64,000 nt of DNA, from IMG/VR virus record IMGVR_UViG_3300036829_000172, positions 126,195 through 190,194 of that record, one strand, 5' to 3'. The notes beneath the pieces are model-generated. The model was given only the letters and a program-made list of their open reading frames with translations. It was not told the DNA's origin and made no database searches. The position numbers and the translations under genes are program-made. Origin of the DNA: a virus. Lineage: Duplodnaviria > Heunggongvirae > Uroviricota > Caudoviricetes. Within the stretch, counting starts at the first letter, position 1. Every line of letters begins with the position of its first letter. Positions 26,500-35,205 of this stretch are shown one piece after another.

Positions 26500-27687
26500 A
26501 TGAGTGACACCATGAAGATCGACGCGGCCATGCTGGCGGAGGAGGTGGCCTGGCTCGCGAAAGGCAAAGCCGCCTCGTCCGCAGTGTGCTGCCTGCCCCC
26601 CATGCACCTGGCCACCAGCCCCGACGGGCTGTGCCTGCGGCGCACCGACCTCGAGCTGTTCCGCGAAACGGTGCTGCCCACAGAGGGCGGCGTCGACGCC
26701 GCGGTCCTGGTCCTGCTCGATCCGGTTAAGCTGTCGGCGCTGCTCAGAGGCGCCGCCGGCTACGCCACCCTGGAAATAACCGACCTCGGGAGGCCAAACG
26801 GTGTAAGCACCGGCGTTGTGGCCATCGAGGTCGGTGGGCGGCGGATCACGCTGCGCAGCGCCGGCGACGTCGACGACTTCCCCGACTGGCCGCTGTTCGA
26901 GGCGATCGGGAAGCCCGCCGTGGTGGGGGCCGGGCAGCTGGCGCGGGCGTTGACGTCGGTTGGCAACGACGACACCCTGCCGATGCTGACCGGTGTGCGG
27001 TTCGACGACGGTGTGATGGCCTCCACCGACCGGTTCCGGCTCACCGCCATCACGTACGCCGAGCACGGGTTCACCGCGCTGGTGCCGAATTCTGCGCTGC
27101 GCCCGTTCGCGGCCGGGACGGACGTCGTCACCGTCGAACACGGGAAACTCGTCGGCATAGGCGTCGGCGTCGGACATGGCGGCGCGGTGCAGGTCAGCAG
27201 CGGCGGGCGCTCCATCATCTCCCGGTTGCTGGACGCCGAGTTCCCCAAGTGGCGGCAGCTGATCCCCACCGAGGCGCCGGTGGCGGCGATGATCTCCCGC
27301 ACCGAGCTGCTCGACGCTCTCGGCGACGGAGAACAGGTGACGCTGCAGCTACGCGCCGACGACACCATGACCGTCACAAGCAGCGACCGTGACGGCGAGG
27401 TGTCGGTCCAGCAGCAAATCGTGGCGACCATCCTGGACGGCCGCGGCGAGCTGCCGTTCACGATCACGCTCAACACGGCGAATCTGACCGGCTGCGTCAA
27501 GGGCATCACGGGCGGCGTGCTGAAATTCGCGGCGAGCACACCGTCGCGGCCGCTGCTGCTGACCGGCGTGGGCGACGACGAGTTACACCTGGTCATGCCG
27601 ATACGGCTACCACCCGACCCCAAGCCTGAACCGGCTGCCGACCCCAAGCCTGAACCGGCTGCCGACCCCGAGCCCGAAGGGCGCTGA
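26500..27687 (+). CDS. dnaN: DNA polymerase III beta subunit-like sliding clamp with C-terminal tandem repeat (PKPEPAAD x2)
   Basis: three-domain length; LLDAEFPKWRQLIP motif typical of beta clamps. Perfect 24-bp tandem repeat at 27614-27661. Confidence 0.8.
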   Translation: MSDTMKIDAAMLAEEVAWLAKGKAASSAVCCLPPMHLATSPDGLCLRRTDLELFRETVLPTEGGVDAAVLVLLDPVKLSALLRGAAGYATLEITDLGRPNGVSTGVVAIEVGGRRITLRSAGDVDDFPDWPLFEAIGKPAVVGAGQLARALTSVGNDDTLPMLTGVRFDDGVMASTDRFRLTAITYAEHGFTALVPNSALRPFAAGTDVVTVEHGKLVGIGVGVGHGGAVQVSSGGRSIISRLLDAEFPKWRQLIPTEAPVAAMISRTELLDALGDGEQVTLQLRADDTMTVTSSDRDGEVSVQQQIVATILDGRGELPFTITLNTANLTGCVKGITGGVLKFAASTPSRPLLLTGVGDDELHLVMPIRLPPDPKPEPAADPKPEPAADPEPEGR

Positions 27688-27693
27688 GGTCAA

Positions 27694-27732
27694 GCTGCGG
27701 CGCACGGGCTTAACGGGTCTGTGCGCCGCAGC
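27694..27732 (+). terminator. 12-bp perfect stem hairpin (gctgcggcgcac...gtgcgccgcagc)
   Basis: seen downstream of the clamp gene. Confidence 0.45.
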
Positions 27733-27816
27733 ACCGCCAGCCGACACGCCGGGGCTAGGTGTTGGACTCCCGTTATCAGCGCGCTGTAGCCTCGGCGAGT
27801 TATCCGTTACCACGAG

Positions 27817-28146
27817 ATGGGGAGCCCTGAAGTGAACCACGACGACGACACGCCCGGTAGGCCACAGGGACGGATTAGCGACCGGCTACGGGAAGATCAA
27901 CTCATGAAGAACAACCGCTTCGGTGGGTTCAGCAGCGAAGCGATCCGTCAACGGCGGATCGCCACCCTCGAAGCGCATCAGGACGGTCGGCGGGCCTACA
28001 TCGCCGACACCGAAGGCATCATCGCGCGTAAGCAACTCGAGATCGACAACCTGCGCGCCCAATCGGCACCAACATCGCAACAGCGCGCTGTACAATTATG
28101 GGGCTGTGAGAACGGCGAAGACGCCGTGTGCGAACTCAACGCATAG
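27817..28146 (+). CDS. hypothetical protein (start uncertain; alternatives GTG 27832, ATG 27904)
   Basis: ORF; ccacgagATGG context. Confidence 0.45.
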   Translation: MGSPEVNHDDDTPGRPQGRISDRLREDQLMKNNRFGGFSSEAIRQRRIATLEAHQDGRRAYIADTEGIIARKQLEIDNLRAQSAPTSQQRAVQLWGCENGEDAVCELNA

Positions 28147-28193
28147 CGAACACCCACGAGAGACAAACACCACGAGATTGGAGAACCCGAAAA

Positions 28194-28484
28194 ATGAATT
28201 CCGAAGTGGCCGCGGTGATCGTCGGCCCCAAGAAACGCAGCTTTCTTAGACGACACAAGCTCGCCGTCGCCCTTGCAGCGATCGGCACGCTGTTCGCGGT
28301 GCTGCCCAAACACCGCGTCGCGGTCGCGGGGATCCTGCTGTGCAGCGTATTGGCGGTCGGCTGTGTGATCGCGGCCGTGCTCGTCGCCAACTTCAGCACA
28401 CAGCCCGACAAGTCGCCGACGGTGCGGCCCTCGGACCCGTCGTCGTCCGTTTGGTGCACCGCCAACCCGAAAGCGTTCTGCTGA
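28194..28484 (+). CDS. membrane protein (two TM segments)
   Basis: cacgagagacaaacaccacgagattggagaacccgaaaaATG. Confidence 0.6.
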   Translation: MNSEVAAVIVGPKKRSFLRRHKLAVALAAIGTLFAVLPKHRVAVAGILLCSVLAVGCVIAAVLVANFSTQPDKSPTVRPSDPSSSVWCTANPKAFC

Positions 28485-28702
28485 TGGCCGGGCAAACAGG
28501 CAGGCCAGAAGAAACCACGCTACTCGGCAACCTCGTCGCGGCGGCGTTAGCTGGTGACCGGCAGACGGTGCGACAAATGCTGCTGATGCTCGATGCCACA
28601 GAACGAGCCGTCGTCGCGGAAGGTATCGACTTGATCCGACAGCAGCTCGACCTTCTGCCGACGGCCGTCGACGTCATGTGGAAATTCGTCGACGACCAGT
28701 GA
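28484..28702 (+). CDS. hypothetical protein
   Basis: TGATG overlap. Confidence 0.5.
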   Translation: MAGQTGRPEETTLLGNLVAAALAGDRQTVRQMLLMLDATERAVVAEGIDLIRQQLDLLPTAVDVMWKFVDDQ

Positions 28703-28983
28703 GACTGTTCCGCCGCCGGAGGTACTTCTACGATCGATTCACGTTCGATGAGTTCTCGCAGTGGAGCTACGACATGTTCCGCATAGGCTTGTCCGTGTCA
28801 GCGTGGCAGGGGGATTACGGCAAAGCCGAATGTCTAAACTGTCGCAGCGTCGTGAGCATCGGAGTACCGAGTATGACCGGCTTGGAGTACGGCAAGCAGC
28901 ACCGAGAAGTGTGTGGCGACCGGAATCTGCCGGACGTCGTTCGACGAGGTTTACCCGAAGCGTTGTCCCGTATCGGAGAGTGA
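28699..28983 (+). CDS. hypothetical protein
   Basis: GTGA overlap. Confidence 0.5.
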   Translation: MRLFRRRRYFYDRFTFDEFSQWSYDMFRIGLSVSAWQGDYGKAECLNCRSVVSIGVPSMTGLEYGKQHREVCGDRNLPDVVRRGLPEALSRIGE

Positions 28984-28990
28984 AAACGAC

Positions 28991-29245
28991 ATGGCCGAAA
29001 CGACCGGGCCGCCGATGCAGCCGCTACCGCCGGAAGCCGTGGCCGGGGTAGACCAGCGTGCGGGGCCATGCGAGGCTGCCCTCGATGATCTGGTCGCCAA
29101 GTGGCGCATCATCGCGGCGCGCCGCGGCAGCGCCGGCGCGACCGGCGCAATCGCCATGGACTTCTACACCACTCAGATCCGCGGTATTAACAACATCGTC
29201 GACCTGCTGGCATTCGCGATCGCCCGCCTCGCCGAGAAGGACTGA
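28991..29245 (+). CDS. hypothetical protein
   Basis: ORF trimmed. Confidence 0.5.
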   Translation: MAETTGPPMQPLPPEAVAGVDQRAGPCEAALDDLVAKWRIIAARRGSAGATGAIAMDFYTTQIRGINNIVDLLAFAIARLAEKD

Positions 29246-29389
29246 GGTCGAGCCTGAGGTGTTCACCACCTTTTGAACACCTCTCACAGGGGGCCGGGGC
29301 GGCGGACCTTCATTGTGGACAGGGGCAACCCGCTCTTAACCCGTCGCCTGGACCCCGACCCGCGCGCAGCGTAACACCCGGACGTAAAA

Positions 29390-29414
29390 CGGCCCCGGCA
29401 CAAGGCCGGGGCCG
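29390..29414 (+). terminator. 10-bp GC stem hairpin (cggccccggc acaa gccggggccg)
   Basis: seen in the long intergenic region. Confidence 0.35.
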
Positions 29415-29564
29415 CCCCACGAGATGGTAGACACCACCGGGAGAGCTGCGCTCCCCGAGAGAGAACCATCTGCCTGACAGATGAGAAGTCCGCAGGCAGC
29501 ATCAGGATAACACCGAACCGAAGCGGTAGAACATCGCTGCACGCTTCCCTTAGTATCGGTAAAC

Positions 29565-30047
29565 GTGGCCACCGAACCGCCTGAGAAAAAGCCCGCCCGC
29601 TACGCAGACCGCCGGCTCATGGCCAGCCCAGAGGAGATAGCCGCCGCCAACGATGTGTTGCGCCGCATGCTCGCAGAATTCAACATTCAGCCGGCACCGT
29701 CCAAGGGTCCCCAAGCCAAGGGTGTGGATTTGACCGCCAAATTCGCGAGTGGCGACGGCGCCGGGGAAGCGGCCAAGGCCCGCGACGCCATCGTCACCGG
29801 AATCCTGCGTGCCATCAACTTCAAACGCCTCGGCTACGCCGAAGACACCGTCGCCGTCCACAAAGACGGGCGGATGGCCAAACGCTACTACGACCGCATG
29901 TTCTGCTGCCTACGCTGGATCATCCTGGAGAACGAACAAGGCGAGCCGAGCGCGCAACGCGTCGACGAGTTGGACGGCGGCTGGAGCATCGTGCACGATA
30001 AGCCCTGGCAAGTCACCGTGCGAGTCGGTGAGAAACTACCCATCTAG
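29565..30047 (+). CDS. hypothetical protein, possibly leaderless (GTG start 8 nt after TAGTAT -10-like hexamer)
   Basis: ORF; no SD; cccTTAGTATcggtaaacGTG. Confidence 0.45.
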   Translation: MATEPPEKKPARYADRRLMASPEEIAAANDVLRRMLAEFNIQPAPSKGPQAKGVDLTAKFASGDGAGEAAKARDAIVTGILRAINFKRLGYAEDTVAVHKDGRMAKRYYDRMFCCLRWIILENEQGEPSAQRVDELDGGWSIVHDKPWQVTVRVGEKLPI

Positions 30048-30109
30048 TGCCAGCGCGCTGGTACAGTCCGAAGATCCACGAGATCGAGAACCACAACAGG
30101 AGAACAAGC

Positions 30110-30289
30110 ATGCCCCGAAACAAAGCCCACACGCAGCTCGAGCATCTGAGCACCACCCAACTTCGCAAAATCAGACAGGAACTCGAAGACGGCAAGACCC
30201 AGCGGCAGCTGGCCATCAAGTACGGCGTCAAAGAACAAACCATCCGGCTCGCCGCTGACCGCACAGTAAACAACGGGAGCATCATCTGA
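30110..30289 (+). CDS. small HTH DNA-binding protein (GKTQRQLAIKYGVKEQTIR)
   Basis: ccacgagatcgagaaccacaacaggagaacaagcATG. Confidence 0.6.
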   Translation: MPRNKAHTQLEHLSTTQLRKIRQELEDGKTQRQLAIKYGVKEQTIRLAADRTVNNGSII

Positions 30290-30290
30290 G

Positions 30291-30593
30291 ATGGCCGTTC
30301 TGAGCATTCAGGCCGACCCGGCCGCGAAGCGTCGCATCGCTAAATCCCGCCGCGCCGGCCGCAGCCAGGTCCAGGCGCTCAACGACGAATGCCTGCGCCA
30401 CGCCTCCAACCACCAGGCGCCGTGGGAAAACGACGACGTCGACACCCTCGTCAACATGATCAGCGGTGACCACACCACCTACGACATGGCGCGCACGCTG
30501 CGACGCTCCTACTACGCCACCCAGATGGCCCGCCAGCACGTCGGGTTCTGCCTGCGTCACGCCGAATCGTTCCGGAAAGCACTCGGACTGTGA
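30291..30593 (+). CDS. hypothetical protein
   Basis: ORF. Confidence 0.6.
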   Translation: MAVLSIQADPAAKRRIAKSRRAGRSQVQALNDECLRHASNHQAPWENDDVDTLVNMISGDHTTYDMARTLRRSYYATQMARQHVGFCLRHAESFRKALGL

Positions 30594-30796
30594 CGGGCCA
30601 CCATGGCGTACCGATCAACAACTTGGACTGCGGGCACCACGTCTGGTATGTGCGGGGCTGCAGATCCTGCATCAGCGCATTCCGGGCGCTGACCCTGGCG
30701 GTGCCACCGGACAGCGGTGACCCGCTCCACATGACCGACCGGCAGCTGGAAGACTTCTACGAGTTCGCCGAGGCCAACCACCATGGGCGAGGGTGA
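30590..30796 (+). CDS. hypothetical protein
   Basis: GTGA overlap. Confidence 0.5.
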   Translation: MTGHHGVPINNLDCGHHVWYVRGCRSCISAFRALTLAVPPDSGDPLHMTDRQLEDFYEFAEANHHGRG

Positions 30797-31109
30797 GTCG
30801 GGCGGCGCGAACCCAGCGCTGCTGAAGCCCCCGAACTGGCCGTTTCTGCGCGGCGACCGTGAAGGCATCTTCGGCGCGGTCTTCATATCCACCGCCGACG
30901 GGCAGGTCAACCAGGAAGTCGCCGAGCGGCTGCGCAACGAACAAGGGTTAGCCGAATACACCGCCTGGAATTTCCACGCAGAATGCTGGTTCGCCGACGG
31001 ATGGTTCTGTGCCGCCGTCTACACCCACCACGTGCACCGCGCCACATTCACCGCGAGAACGCCCGAACAGTTGATGCGCGACGTGTCGGACGCCTACGGA
31101 TGGGACTGA
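30783..31109 (+). CDS. hypothetical protein
   Basis: ORF. Confidence 0.6.
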   Translation: MGEGESGGANPALLKPPNWPFLRGDREGIFGAVFISTADGQVNQEVAERLRNEQGLAEYTAWNFHAECWFADGWFCAAVYTHHVHRATFTARTPEQLMRDVSDAYGWD

Positions 31110-31306
31110 TGAGCAGCGTGCTCGGCTGCACCGGGACCGTCACTATCGCCACCCACGGCCAGGACGGTCCAGGGGAGGTGGAGGTCGACGATAACCACGG
31201 TCTCCACATCGCCTGGTCCAAGGTGCCGTTACCACGAGGAACCTGTGTGCTGATCATCGGCACGAGAGGCGTCAGAACGGTCTCAGTCGAGCCGTTCGGC
31301 GAATAA
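31109..31306 (+). CDS. NfeD-like short OB-fold protein (GxxGTV...GPGEVEV...G..AWS...G..VLIIG..G..L.V.P)
   Basis: pattern typical of short NfeD/YuaF partners of flotillins; TGATGA overlap. Confidence 0.55.
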   Translation: MSSVLGCTGTVTIATHGQDGPGEVEVDDNHGLHIAWSKVPLPRGTCVLIIGTRGVRTVSVEPFGE

Positions 31307-31319
31307 ACTAGGGAGGAAA

Positions 31320-32750
31320 ATGTTCGGATACCGAGTTCCCAGGCCTGACCAGGTGATGCTGATCAGCGGACGCAAGTCAACCGAGACAGAGCCGTTCAAG
31401 ATTTCCCGGCAGGGTAAATGGGTGGTACCCGGATTTCGGGTGGTGCGCTTCCTGTCGCTGAGCCAGCTGAACGCCGAGGTCAATGAGCCGTGCACGACCA
31501 TTCAGGGTATCGACGGCAACTTCAAGGCGGTGGTGGCGTTCCACATCGCCAACGATGACCAGGCGATCTACGCAGCCGGGCTGCGGTTCCTCGACGACCA
31601 GGGCGTGGACAAGAAGACCGGGGTGGCCGCGATGGTGTCGCAGACCGGTGGCATCTTCGCCGGGCACCTGCGCTCCATCGTCGGTGCGATGACGTTGGAG
31701 CAGATAATGCAGCAGCGCCAAACGCTGGCAGACCAAGTGCTGGATGCCTCCAAGATCGAAGTGGGCCGGATGGGACTGTACATCGACAGCTTCCAGCTCA
31801 CCAGCATCGAGGGCGAACAGGTCAAGAGGTACATGGCGGCGCTGTCTGCCCCCCATACTGCGACCATTCAGCAGGAGGCGGCGGTAGCGCAGGCGGAGGC
31901 CGAGCGGATAGCAGCCGAAGCACAACAGCTCAGTGCACGCCGACAGGCCGAATACGAGCGAGACACGAGGCTCAAACAGGCGGAGTACAAGGCGGCGACC
32001 GACAAGGCCGAAGCCGAAGCGGCACAGGCTGGACCGCTCGCGCAATCATTGGCAGAGCAGCAAGTCCTCGAGACGAAGCGTGAGACGGCGCAGAAAAACG
32101 CGGCGCTCGTCGAGCAACAGCTGGTCGCTCAGGTTGAGCGGCCAGCGCAGGCCGAGGCAAAGCGGATGAAGATCATCGCCGGTGGCGCCGCCGATCAGGC
32201 GGAGGAAGAAGGCAGGCAGATGCGGCTCACGGCGCAGGCCCGCGCCGACAGCGAAGTCGCGGCCGCGACCGGTAAGGCCAGGGAGGTCGAACTGAGCGCT
32301 GCTGCTGAAGCCAAGGCCACCGAGGTGAAAGCCGTCGCTGACGCCAAAGCCACCGAAGTCAACGGCACCGCCGAAGCGAGCAGCATCCGGGCGACCAAGC
32401 TGGCCGAGGCCGCCGGGCAGCTGGCGCTGAACAACGCGGTGGCGGCCGGTGACCGCGCGCAGCTGGAGTTGGCGCGGGTGCAGATCATGCCGGAGGTGGC
32501 GCGGGCCATCGCGTCGGGCTGGGAGAACTCGAACATGACGATCCTCAACGGTGCCGACGGAATGGCTCAGCTTGTCAACGGCGCTGCGCAGCAGGCGCGC
32601 GCCCTGATCGAGATGTTCACCAAACCTAACGGGCAGGTCACCAACGGGCACGTCAGCGACGGCGATGCGGGCACCAGCGTGTCGAAGGGGTTGGCCGACC
32701 TCGCCGCCTCCGCCGATCAGCGCTACCCGGAACTGGAGCAGCAGCCCTAA
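31320..32750 (+). CDS. flotillin-like SPFH/band-7 protein with long Ala/Glu/Gln-rich coiled-coil tail
   Basis: SPFH core (GHLRSIVGAMTLEQIMQQRQ...MGLYIDSFQLTSIEGEQ) collinear with FloT; SD gggaggaaaATG. Confidence 0.85.
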   Translation: MFGYRVPRPDQVMLISGRKSTETEPFKISRQGKWVVPGFRVVRFLSLSQLNAEVNEPCTTIQGIDGNFKAVVAFHIANDDQAIYAAGLRFLDDQGVDKKTGVAAMVSQTGGIFAGHLRSIVGAMTLEQIMQQRQTLADQVLDASKIEVGRMGLYIDSFQLTSIEGEQVKRYMAALSAPHTATIQQEAAVAQAEAERIAAEAQQLSARRQAEYERDTRLKQAEYKAATDKAEAEAAQAGPLAQSLAEQQVLETKRETAQKNAALVEQQLVAQVERPAQAEAKRMKIIAGGAADQAEEEGRQMRLTAQARADSEVAAATGKAREVELSAAAEAKATEVKAVADAKATEVNGTAEASSIRATKLAEAAGQLALNNAVAAGDRAQLELARVQIMPEVARAIASGWENSNMTILNGADGMAQLVNGAAQQARALIEMFTKPNGQVTNGHVSDGDAGTSVSKGLADLAASADQRYPELEQQP

Positions 32751-32806
32751 CACCGATACGCGCTGGTGGCGTCAATCGCTGCGCCACCAGCGCGCTAGGA
32801 GGTCCG

Positions 32807-33013
32807 ATGAGTTTCATGCTTCCTCAGCATTTACGGTTCGATGATCAGCGGCCGCTGCGGCACAAGACGCCGTCAGGGCTCAGCGCCGCCCAAGTGATTC
32901 AACGCTCGATCGAGGCGTATATCAACGGCGGACGTCACGGCAACACGGCCGAACGTGAGCCGCTCGCCGACTTCATCGCCAACGAACTTCGCCTACACGG
33001 CTGGGATCTGTAG
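32807..33013 (+). CDS. hypothetical protein
   Basis: SD gctaggaggtccgATG. Confidence 0.6.
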   Translation: MSFMLPQHLRFDDQRPLRHKTPSGLSAAQVIQRSIEAYINGGRHGNTAEREPLADFIANELRLHGWDL

Positions 33014-33026
33014 AAAGGAATCAACG

Positions 33027-33317
33027 ATGTCAAGCACCGACAGCACCGAGATGGACAGCACCGAACAATTCGAGAGCGACCTTGCGGAGCTCAACGAACT
33101 GGCCGACCGGCACATCACAACCCTGCAGACCGCAGTCGCAGGATCGGAGCCGGCAGCCGCCGTCGACCTGCTCAAGCGGGCCCACCAGATGATGACCGAT
33201 AACGAGATAGTGATGACCGACGTCGAGAGCGTGCAACTGGCGGTGCAATCCCGCTCCGACGCGTTGTACGCTGCCGCCTTTCGGCAACGTCCTGGAGACG
33301 TCACCCAGCACGGCTGA
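33027..33317 (+). CDS. hypothetical acidic protein
   Basis: ORF trimmed. Confidence 0.6.
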   Translation: MSSTDSTEMDSTEQFESDLAELNELADRHITTLQTAVAGSEPAAAVDLLKRAHQMMTDNEIVMTDVESVQLAVQSRSDALYAAAFRQRPGDVTQHG

Positions 33318-33330
33318 TGAGAGGAAACCC

Positions 33331-33549
33331 ATGCCAGCTCTGACCGATCCACAGGCCGCGCTCGCCGATCTGTGGGACGCCGGGCCCGGCGCCATCTGCG
33401 GGGACTGCGGACACTTCGCAGGCCGACACACCGGCATGGGCTGCCCCGGTATGAACGGCGACGGCTGCCGCACCCACTGCAAAGGCATGCTGTGGCAGGG
33501 GCACCGTTTCGAGATGAACGGGATGGCCGGACCGGTCCTGCCGCGATGA
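33331..33549 (+). CDS. hypothetical Cys-rich protein
   Basis: ORF. Confidence 0.55.
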   Translation: MPALTDPQAALADLWDAGPGAICGDCGHFAGRHTGMGCPGMNGDGCRTHCKGMLWQGHRFEMNGMAGPVLPR

Positions 33550-33947
33550 CCCGGCACATCTCCATCTTCGACGCGCTGACCGTGGGCGCATACGACGACC
33601 TCGACGACATGTCGGTGGTGTTCTTTTCGCCGGCATTCCTGATCGCGCCGAATCCGGGCTGGCGGGTCCGCGGGGAACCACGGCCGAAGGCGTTTGGTGA
33701 CCCGACCCGCGAACCCGGTGAGCTGGCGCAGCTGTACGGCCAGCAGCTCGACGACGTACTGGATGCATGGAGTGCCTGCCGGTACGCGTACCGCCAGGAT
33801 GCACCGGGTGTTCAAAAAGTGAACGTCCGGTGTGACCGTCGGCTACAAGGCACGCTGGTCAAACTCGCGCAGCCGCAGCGGGTGTGGGTGCTGACCGGGC
33901 ATCGGGACTTCCGGACCGGCTACTACGAAGGACGCTGGCCGGACTGA
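33546..33947 (+). CDS. hypothetical protein. An orphan IR copy gttcaaaaagtgaac lies inside the coding sequence at 33808-33822.
   Basis: ATGA overlap. Confidence 0.6.
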   Translation: MTRHISIFDALTVGAYDDLDDMSVVFFSPAFLIAPNPGWRVRGEPRPKAFGDPTREPGELAQLYGQQLDDVLDAWSACRYAYRQDAPGVQKVNVRCDRRLQGTLVKLAQPQRVWVLTGHRDFRTGYYEGRWPD

Positions 33948-34021
33948 CGCGTGTCGGTCCGCACCATCGGCGACTACCCCGACAACGATGAGCAGATGAT
34001 GATTTCGGGCCGCCGTCGCTG

Positions 34022-34309
34022 ATGTCGCAGGGCTGGCCGGACATCCGGGCCGCGCAACACCGGCGCGTGAAACGCGGGAAACGGGCCGTACGGGGCAATA
34101 ATGCGACGGTGCCCAAGAAGACAGAAGCCTCAGGCGGCGCTATCCACTGCTGCGTGTGCATCAACAGGGGCAATTTCCGGCGCGATCCGCGCGGGATCAC
34201 CGTCATCAAAGGTTACGCGGCCTGCCCCGACCACATCGAGCTTGTGTCGCACCCCGAATTCGACGTATTCATGCTGAACGCCACTCACGAAACGAGGAGG
34301 TCGGTGTGA
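34022..34309 (+). CDS. hypothetical protein
   Basis: ORF. Confidence 0.5.
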   Translation: MSQGWPDIRAAQHRRVKRGKRAVRGNNATVPKKTEASGGAIHCCVCINRGNFRRDPRGITVIKGYAACPDHIELVSHPEFDVFMLNATHETRRSV

Positions 34310-34818
34310 CCGAGCAGCCCCGTAAACGCGCGCCCCGCAAAACCGCTGCCGCCAAACCCCCACCTGAGGTAGCCGAGCAGGTGCAGGACGAGGACGAAGC
34401 CGACAACACCGCCGCGCAGCCAGCCGAAACCGCGCAGACCGCGAAGGCACCACCCTCCGTGCAAGCCGTCGGCGATTGGCAGCTCGTGACGCACGGCACC
34501 TGGCAGATCAGCGTCGGCCCCGACGGGCTTCTGATGCTGCCCCGGCATCTGCATCCACGCGAATGGGATGACTTCGTCGCCGCCGGCACCATCGCCAAAC
34601 AGGTCGGCAACGACGTCATCGCCGCCAACAGCCACAAAGCCCGCAAAGACAACCGGCGGCTGCCGACACGGCGCGGCGCCATCGTCACCGAAGGCGAACC
34701 GCCGGCCGGGACAGTCCGCATGAACGTCTCCCAGCAGCAGGCCGCAGCCACGATCGGCCGTCCGCGCCGCGGTCAACGGCCCGCCAACCCCATGACATCA
34801 GGGAAGGCTGTCGGATGA
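34306..34818 (+). CDS. hypothetical protein, Ala/Pro-rich N-terminus
   Basis: SD gaggagg + GTG, GTGA overlap. Confidence 0.6.
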   Translation: MTEQPRKRAPRKTAAAKPPPEVAEQVQDEDEADNTAAQPAETAQTAKAPPSVQAVGDWQLVTHGTWQISVGPDGLLMLPRHLHPREWDDFVAAGTIAKQVGNDVIAANSHKARKDNRRLPTRRGAIVTEGEPPAGTVRMNVSQQQAAATIGRPRRGQRPANPMTSGKAVG

Positions 34819-35192
34819 GTGACTGCCCGTTCTGCCTGCACAACTGGACCCACCTGCAGATCGTCGACCGCAACGCGACCGGCTCCATCGCGGCGATCAA
34901 ACCGCTGCACCCGGTGACACCCGGCCACATACTGGTGATCCACGCCAAACACACCGAAAGCGCGGCCGAAGACCCCGAGCAGGCCGGGTATCTGGTGGCG
35001 TTCGCCGCGAAGTACGTCGCCAGACACAACATCGAAGCCAACATCATCACATCGATCGGGCCCAACGCCACCCAAACCGTGGACCACACCCACGTGGATG
35101 TGGTGCCCCGCACCGCCGGCGACGGGCTGATGCTGCCGTGGTCCGCCGACCACGACGAGGAACCGCCGAAACGGAAGCGCCGCGCGTCCTGA
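34815..35192 (+). CDS. HIT-family hydrolase (CPFC...HTHVDVVPR histidine triad)
   Basis: HxHxHxx motif. Confidence 0.75.
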   Translation: MSDCPFCLHNWTHLQIVDRNATGSIAAIKPLHPVTPGHILVIHAKHTESAAEDPEQAGYLVAFAAKYVARHNIEANIITSIGPNATQTVDHTHVDVVPRTAGDGLMLPWSADHDEEPPKRKRRAS

Positions 35193-35205
35193 TGAACTGG
35201 TTGCC

